Shown in pieces: positions 58,788 through 64,000 of a stretch of DNA of 64,000 bases (position 1 is the stretch's first letter; each line of letters opens with the position of its first letter). Both the position numbers and the translations under genes were made by a program. The stretch lies in IMG/VR virus record IMGVR_UViG_3300029309_000017. One strand, given 5' to 3'. Under the pieces are notes generated by a model. That model was not told the DNA's origin, did no database searches, and worked only from the letters and a program-made list of their open reading frames with translations. This stretch comes from an uncultured virus (IMG/VR IMGVR_UViG_3300029309_000017). Lineage: Duplodnaviria; Heunggongvirae; Uroviricota; Caudoviricetes; Crassvirales.

Positions 58788-58809
58788 ATACGAAACAAAT
58801 CGGATAATA
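58777..58809 (+). promoter_or_regulatory. Early promoter-like repeat 7
   Basis: CTACAAA-N3-AATACG-N9-GGATAATA. Confidence 0.7.
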
Positions 58810-59051
58810 TGACAAACAACGATATTGAAAAAATAGCTCAGCGTGTTGCTGAGTTAGTTATTGCAGAGTTATTATTTAATGCTGATACGCTAGTAGTTCC
58901 TACAAAGAAAACATCTGAAGAGGAATTACTAGCTGAATTAGCAGCTGCAATGACTAAATTAGACTTCGAGCTTCAGCGTGAAAACTATGAAGCTTGTAAA
59001 GTTCTAAAAGATAAGATAACAGAAATAGAAAAAAAATTAAAAAACCTATGA
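58809..59051 (+). CDS. Small protein with UVR-like C-terminal motif
   Basis: ENYEACKVLKDKI. Confidence 0.55.
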   Translation: MTNNDIEKIAQRVAELVIAELLFNADTLVVPTKKTSEEELLAELAAAMTKLDFELQRENYEACKVLKDKITEIEKKLKNL

Positions 59052-59884
59052 CATTAAAACCTATGCTAGCACACAAGTTTGATGACAGTCGAGTTGATTG
59101 GTCACTACCTGTGTATATACAACCTAAACTAGATGGCGTCCGCTGTCTATTTACTAAAAAAGGTGCGTTTTCTCGTACCGGTAAACAATTTAAAAACCTA
59201 GCTCACATTGAGTTAGCACTTATACCATTTTTTAAGCAATATCCTGATGTTGTACTCGATGGCGAGTTATACAATCACAAGCTTAAAAATGACTTTGAAA
59301 AGATTATATCATTAGTTCGTAAGCAAAAGCCTACCGCAGATGATAGATTAAATGCCCAACATCTTGTGCAGTTTCACGTGTATGATTATTTTGATGGCGT
59401 TATGTATGACAGCTACAAAACTCGTATGCAACAACTTGTGACATCAGACATATACGATGCTCAAATCAAGTATGTACCTGCAAAGTTAGTTGATAGCTAC
59501 AATTATGCTAGAGATCTTCATGCAACATATCTTCGTGAAGGCTACGAAGGCTCTATCATTCGTCTAGACGGTCTATACAAACACGGTAGGTCTTACGACC
59601 TAATGAAATTTAAGGACTTCAGCGATACTGAAGCAACTATCATAGGTTATGAATTAGGTAAAGGCAAAAGGACAGGCACACTTGGCAAGTTCATTATGCT
59701 AGATGACGAAGGTGTACAGTTCGGTTGTCCGCCGGGCAAAGGCTACAGCTACAAGGATTTAGCGGAGATGTTGAAAAACGTCACTGACTACATTGGTAAG
59801 CGTGCTACCTTTACCTATTTTCAAAAAACTAATGCTGGTAGCTACAGGCATCCACTATTTAAATGTATTAGAAATTATGAGTAA
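59048..59884 (+). CDS. ATP-dependent DNA ligase
   Basis: KLDGVR, LDGELY, FHVYD, EGSIIR, LMKFK, YRHP. Confidence 0.92.
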   Translation: MTLKPMLAHKFDDSRVDWSLPVYIQPKLDGVRCLFTKKGAFSRTGKQFKNLAHIELALIPFFKQYPDVVLDGELYNHKLKNDFEKIISLVRKQKPTADDRLNAQHLVQFHVYDYFDGVMYDSYKTRMQQLVTSDIYDAQIKYVPAKLVDSYNYARDLHATYLREGYEGSIIRLDGLYKHGRSYDLMKFKDFSDTEATIIGYELGKGKRTGTLGKFIMLDDEGVQFGCPPGKGYSYKDLAEMLKNVTDYIGKRATFTYFQKTNAGSYRHPLFKCIRNYE

Positions 59885-59983
59885 ATTAATATGGCAATTA
59901 TACAACGACAATATGATAAGTGAAGAAGTTGCTTTAATATTGTTAGATAAACATTACAATAGATTAAACAATAAAAGATACAA

Positions 59984-60508
59984 ATGAATATATTTTACTT
60001 AGATGAATGTCCTGACAAAGCAGCTAGACTACAATACAATAAACATGTAGTCAAGATGATACTTGAGTCAGCGCAAATGCTTTGTACAGCTCATCATATT
60101 TATGGTAACGACTGGCAAAGAGAAAATGTACCTTACAAAGAAGCTCATTTAAATCACCCATCAACAATGTGGACTAGATTATGTAGAGCTAATTATATGT
60201 GGTTATATAATCACATGATAGCTCTTGGTGATGAGTATACAAATCGATATGGTAAAACTCATTTAACAATAACTAAATGTAAAGAATTTTTGGCTAAGCC
60301 TCCACAGAATTTACCTGGTGGTGAGTTTACACAACCGCCACAGGCTATGCCAGATGAATATAAAGTACCAGGTGACAGTATAAAAGCTTACTGGAATTAT
60401 TATATTGGTGACAAGAGCCATATAGCTAACCCTAATAAAGAAAAAATATATGAAAACAATAGCATTATATTTGCTGGTAACAGCAACAGTGTACCATCCG
60501 GTACCTGA
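59984..60508 (+). CDS. Pyrimidine-dimer DNA glycosylase-like protein
   Basis: MNIFYLD...KHVVKMILESAQML...HLNHPS...PQAMPD. Confidence 0.7.
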   Translation: MNIFYLDECPDKAARLQYNKHVVKMILESAQMLCTAHHIYGNDWQRENVPYKEAHLNHPSTMWTRLCRANYMWLYNHMIALGDEYTNRYGKTHLTITKCKEFLAKPPQNLPGGEFTQPPQAMPDEYKVPGDSIKAYWNYYIGDKSHIANPNKEKIYENNSIIFAGNSNSVPSGT

Positions 60509-60782
60509 ACAAACAGATAATACACCGTTTATTACAGCATCAGGCGCTTATATAGAAGAGTGTTGTCCTGGTGATCATAGATGGCTTGCAGTAAGTAGAG
60601 ACCTAGAAGATTTTGGTTTTGTATTTGGCGCAAGAGTCTTAGTTGAAGGAGCTGGTGAATTAGACGGTGTTTGGACTGTAGAAGATAGAATGAACAGAAG
60701 GTACACAAACCGTATTGATTTTTTAGTTGATTACGATGTGTACGGTAGATGGGATAACGTAAAAATAACATTATTAGACTAA
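60450..60782 (+). CDS. 3D-domain (lytic transglycosylase-like) protein
   Basis: ATVY...ITASG...AVSRD...VEDRM...RIDF. Confidence 0.7.
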   Translation: MKTIALYLLVTATVYHPVPEQTDNTPFITASGAYIEECCPGDHRWLAVSRDLEDFGFVFGARVLVEGAGELDGVWTVEDRMNRRYTNRIDFLVDYDVYGRWDNVKITLLD

Positions 60783-60892
60783 TGAGCAGAATTAAAATTT
60801 ACAAACATCTTATATCAACCGATGTGTTTGGTGTAAGAACTAAGATAAAAAACTTTAGAAAATCTAAAAAAACTAAAACAAGAAAGGGTCTG

Positions 60893-60935
60893 TGACAACA
60901 GCCCTTATAATATAATTAGTAATAGGCAAATGTCA
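60893..60935. promoter_or_regulatory. 43-bp TGACA-N33-TGTCA palindromic element, copy 2
   Basis: Overlaps the ATG of the HTH gene at 60930. Confidence 0.55.
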
Positions 60936-61556
60936 TACGAAAGAAATATAAAATGGCTGAACGATAGACGAATAGTTTATAGGCATGATGGCAGTGATAC
61001 ACCTACTATTGAAACTGATAAGTACAAGTATTATGAAGAAGGTACTTATGCATGTTATAGTTTATTTAATACTAAAGCAAAAATAACAACATACAAATCT
61101 TTAAAATGGCATTTCTTAGTTTTATATTATTTAAATCAAGATATGCACGATGATAAAAATGCTTTACCATTTTTTCTATTATTTAAATTTATAGCTAATA
61201 AAGAAAATGGTTTTGTTACTTTCTTTATTAGTAACAAAAAACTAGAAGAAATAATAAGAGATGTATTAATTACAGGTGGCGATCCACCTAAAAACAAATT
61301 ACGTAAAGTAATATTTAAAGATTACAGTATGTTGACTCTTAATGAAAAACTAAGTATTGTAGGTAAATTAATTGGCAGATCGTCTAATGTAGACGCTGAA
61401 GCTATTTATGAATGCATGCTAGATTTAAATGAGTCTAATAAAAAAATTACGTGGGCTAGGGTTGCTGGCTTGCTTAATTGTTCTGTTAGAACTATTTATA
61501 GAAACTTAGACAAACATTTAAAAAAAGAAAAACAAATATTAAATGAAGAAATATAA
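60930..61556 (+). CDS. C-terminal helix-turn-helix DNA-binding protein
   Basis: ITWARVAGLLNCSVRTIYRNL. Confidence 0.7.
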   Translation: MSYERNIKWLNDRRIVYRHDGSDTPTIETDKYKYYEEGTYACYSLFNTKAKITTYKSLKWHFLVLYYLNQDMHDDKNALPFFLLFKFIANKENGFVTFFISNKKLEEIIRDVLITGGDPPKNKLRKVIFKDYSMLTLNEKLSIVGKLIGRSSNVDAEAIYECMLDLNESNKKITWARVAGLLNCSVRTIYRNLDKHLKKEKQILNEEI

Positions 61557-62289
61557 TATAAATAATTATATTAGGTATAAAGAAGATTTAAAATCTTCAA
61601 TGCCTAGTGATAAACCTTATAATAATTACACTAGAGATGAAATGATTATAAAATTTTTACCTTTAGTAGAAACAATAGCTAGAAAATTTTCAACTAGCCA
61701 ACAGGCATCAGGAGTTTTAACTATAATGGATCTGCTACAAATAGGTGCTGAAGCATTAACTAGAGCTGTTGATAAACTTGAGTGGTCTAAGCTTGAAGAA
61801 TCAGAAGACGTAGAGCAAACACTTAAATCTTTTTTCAGCAAAAGAATAAAAGGTCATATACGTAGACGTATAGATGTATGCAGAGGTGACATTAAAATAC
61901 CAGAACATCAGCTTACTAAAATACGTAAAAACCCTGAAGATGAAAGAATGGTTGCAATGTTTTTTAATAGTATATTTTCAAGCATTGATCACAAACCAAG
62001 AGACGAAAATCCAATATATAATATTGAAGATAAATCTAAACAATACAACATACATATATTAAATGCTTATCTTCTAGGATTAATGAAAGAACATTTAAGT
62101 TATGAACAGTACGAAGCTATAAGATTAAGCTATGGTTTAGATTGTGATAAACACTCTGCATCTCAGATAGCTGCAAAACTTGGCATGAAGATGAACACAG
62201 CTATAGTAAGAGTTTCACAAATAAAAAGAGATGGAATAAAAGCCTTAATTAAAAACGTTGACGCTTCGCAAGTGATTGATTATCTTTAA
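61543..62289 (+). CDS. RNA polymerase sigma-70-like factor
   Basis: Region 2 LPLVETIARKF...DLLQIG..AL.RAVDK; region 4 LSYGL...QIA...RVSQIK. Confidence 0.75.
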   Translation: MKKYNINNYIRYKEDLKSSMPSDKPYNNYTRDEMIIKFLPLVETIARKFSTSQQASGVLTIMDLLQIGAEALTRAVDKLEWSKLEESEDVEQTLKSFFSKRIKGHIRRRIDVCRGDIKIPEHQLTKIRKNPEDERMVAMFFNSIFSSIDHKPRDENPIYNIEDKSKQYNIHILNAYLLGLMKEHLSYEQYEAIRLSYGLDCDKHSASQIAAKLGMKMNTAIVRVSQIKRDGIKALIKNVDASQVIDYL

Positions 62290-62351
62290 GTTAGGCGATT
62301 AATTATTAACGTTTATATGTAATTATATATATAGACCAAATACCAAATATT

Positions 62352-62870
62352 ATGACTTTAAACAACAAGTTAGCAACAATTCAAACAAAATTTAAATCTA
62401 AAAAATCTAGATTTAATTCATTCGGCAAATATTACTTTCGCAGCGCCGAAGACATTCTCGAAGCAACAAAACCCTATCTGTTAGAGTTAGGAGTTAGTGT
62501 AAGGATTGATGAGGAATTAATCAGCAACGATCCTATGCCTATATTGCAAACTAAAGCTACAATTAGCGATGGCACCGATGCTATACACGCTACCGCTTTG
62601 GTTGGCGTTGACCTAAATCAAAAAGGTATGCAAACACCACAACAGTTTGGTGCCGCGTCGAGTTATGGTAAAAAATACGCGTTAGGTAATTTGTTCTTGA
62701 TTGATGATACTCAAGACAGCGATGCTACTAATACTCACGGTAAAGGTAATTTACAAGATATTGGTAAAGCAGTTAGTTATATAAAATCTGGTGGCACTAT
62801 TGACGCTATCAAAAAAAAATATAAGCTTACATCAGAGCAAGAACAAAAATTAAAAACTCTAAATGGATAA
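62352..62870 (+). CDS. ERF-family single-strand annealing protein
   Basis: FNSFGKYYFRSAEDIL; QFGAASSYGKKYAL; DDTQDSD. Confidence 0.85.
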   Translation: MTLNNKLATIQTKFKSKKSRFNSFGKYYFRSAEDILEATKPYLLELGVSVRIDEELISNDPMPILQTKATISDGTDAIHATALVGVDLNQKGMQTPQQFGAASSYGKKYALGNLFLIDDTQDSDATNTHGKGNLQDIGKAVSYIKSGGTIDAIKKKYKLTSEQEQKLKTLNG

Positions 62871-63588
62871 AGCAATAGAAAAGCTACGCGATGACGAGCA
62901 TTACTATGGCGACTTCGGCAAGAAGTATCTAAGTAATTCTGACATTGGCACGCTACTTAAAAATCCTTTAGCTTTGGGCAAGCAGTTAGCACCGCGACCT
63001 GCGTTTCTAGTTGGTGGATATTTTCACACAGCTATACTTGAGCCAGATAAACTGAACAAGTATAAAGTGATACAATCTACCACTAGAAACACTAAAGCAT
63101 ATAAAGAGATGTCAGGTGGAGAACTATGCTTATTACAGCATGAAGTAGATGAAATAGAATTATTAACTGACACTATGTTAGATAATAATATATGCAAAGG
63201 TCTTATTCGTGATGGTAATACAGAATACGAAACACCAGGTATTAAAAAGCTAGAAGGTGAAATGTGGAAAGGTAAAGCAGATATTATAAACCACAATGAA
63301 AAATTAGTAATTGATTTGAAAACTACTAATGATATAGATAGATTCAAGTGGTCTGCATCTAAATACAACTACGATTCACAGGCTTACATTTATAGTGAAC
63401 TATTTGGTTATGAAATGTTATTTATTGTAATAGATAAAAACACTAAACAAATAGGATTATTTGACTGCTCACCAGAATTTTATGCAAAGGGTAAAGACAA
63501 AGTCCAACGGGCAGTGGAGGCTTATAAGTTATTTTATAAGCAAGAAGGTTTTGACCCAAAGCAATATTTTATTAATAAAACACTTTAA
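62863..63588 (+). CDS. PD-(D/E)xK exonuclease (RecE/ExoVIII-like)
   Basis: LSNS, FHTAILEP, KGKAD, IDLKTT, YDSQAYIY. Confidence 0.8.
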   Translation: MDKAIEKLRDDEHYYGDFGKKYLSNSDIGTLLKNPLALGKQLAPRPAFLVGGYFHTAILEPDKLNKYKVIQSTTRNTKAYKEMSGGELCLLQHEVDEIELLTDTMLDNNICKGLIRDGNTEYETPGIKKLEGEMWKGKADIINHNEKLVIDLKTTNDIDRFKWSASKYNYDSQAYIYSELFGYEMLFIVIDKNTKQIGLFDCSPEFYAKGKDKVQRAVEAYKLFYKQEGFDPKQYFINKTL

Positions 63589-63590
63589 TT

Positions 63591-63770
63591 ATGGCAAGAA
63601 CCAGAAAGAACCAAACAAAAGTTTGTTCAGTTACAGGATTAGAAACTTCAATAAACAACTTTTATAAAAACCAAAACCATGTAAAAGCTGTAGATAATTT
63701 AAGAAGAACTACTAATGCTAATAAAGAGCAATTACAAAGAATGTTTAATCAGATAAATCAATACGCATAA
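63591..63770 (+). CDS. Small hypothetical protein (59 aa)
   Basis: Hand-translated MARTRKNQTKVCSVTG... Confidence 0.55.
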   Translation: MARTRKNQTKVCSVTGLETSINNFYKNQNHVKAVDNLRRTTNANKEQLQRMFNQINQYA

Positions 63771-63771
63771 T

Positions 63772-64000
63772 ATGGCAAGTATAATAGCAACAAGTATAAA
63801 CCTTAACAATATACCTAAAGATAAAATTATTGAAGGTAAAAAAGGCAAATACTTACCTATTACTATTACATTAAATGATGAAACAGATCAGTTTGGTAAT
63901 CAAGGACCTGTGGTTGTGCAACAATCAAAAGAGGAAAGAGATGCTAAAACAGAAAAAGTTTATTTAGGTAATGTAAAAGTAGTATGGACAAATGGCAGTA
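63772..64000 (+). CDS. Putative ssDNA-binding protein (3' truncated)
   Basis: MASIIATSINL..IPKDKIIEGKKGKYL...DQFGN...SKEER...YLGN; follows ERF and exonuclease. Confidence 0.55.
   Translation, partial: MASIIATSINLNNIPKDKIIEGKKGKYLPITITLNDETDQFGNQGPVVVQQSKEERDAKTEKVYLGNVKVVWTNGS

Noticed and set aside
53669..58809. Repeated motif considered as a CRISPR or mini-array
   Set aside because: Copies are irregularly spaced, separated by genes, and have variable internal positions; promoter-like instead.

Overview
AT-rich segment of a lytic tailed dsDNA phage (Caudoviricetes, podovirus-type virion module). The host is probably Bacteroidota/Flavobacteriia, inferred from AT-rich start contexts with no Shine-Dalgarno and A at -3, and from gene content. 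Layout: (i) 1-5560 (+) nucleotide metabolism: dCMP-hydroxymethylase-like TS-family C-terminus, MazG fusion, endonuclease I-like protein, NrdB, NTase-like ORF, NrdA. (ii) 5602-53363 (-) late module: endolysin and envelope proteins, 3200-aa ejection protein, tail and stabilisation proteins, major capsid, scaffold, portal, terminase, fibres, holin, a cluster of basic SPxK-motif proteins, GroES/GroEL. (iii) 53400-64000 (+) early/middle module: seven copies of a fixed-spacing promoter-like motif, tRNA-Met, several tRNA-like or structured RNAs, ligase, glycosylase, HTH protein, sigma-like factor, ERF and an exonuclease. Most notable unannotated signals: an in-frame -1 slippery heptamer plus H-type pseudoknot at the start of the giant ejection gene; two Ala-identity (G3.U70/A73) tRNA mimics lacking a normal anticodon arm, one resembling a mini tmRNA tRNA-like domain, beside longer structured RNAs; a family of SP(h)K-motif proteins, including one overprinted in the scaffold gene; a GC-rich, possibly dual-coding island in terL; and two 43-bp TGACA-N33-TGTCA elements flanking the early region. 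All product calls come from motif recognition by eye; no database searches were run.
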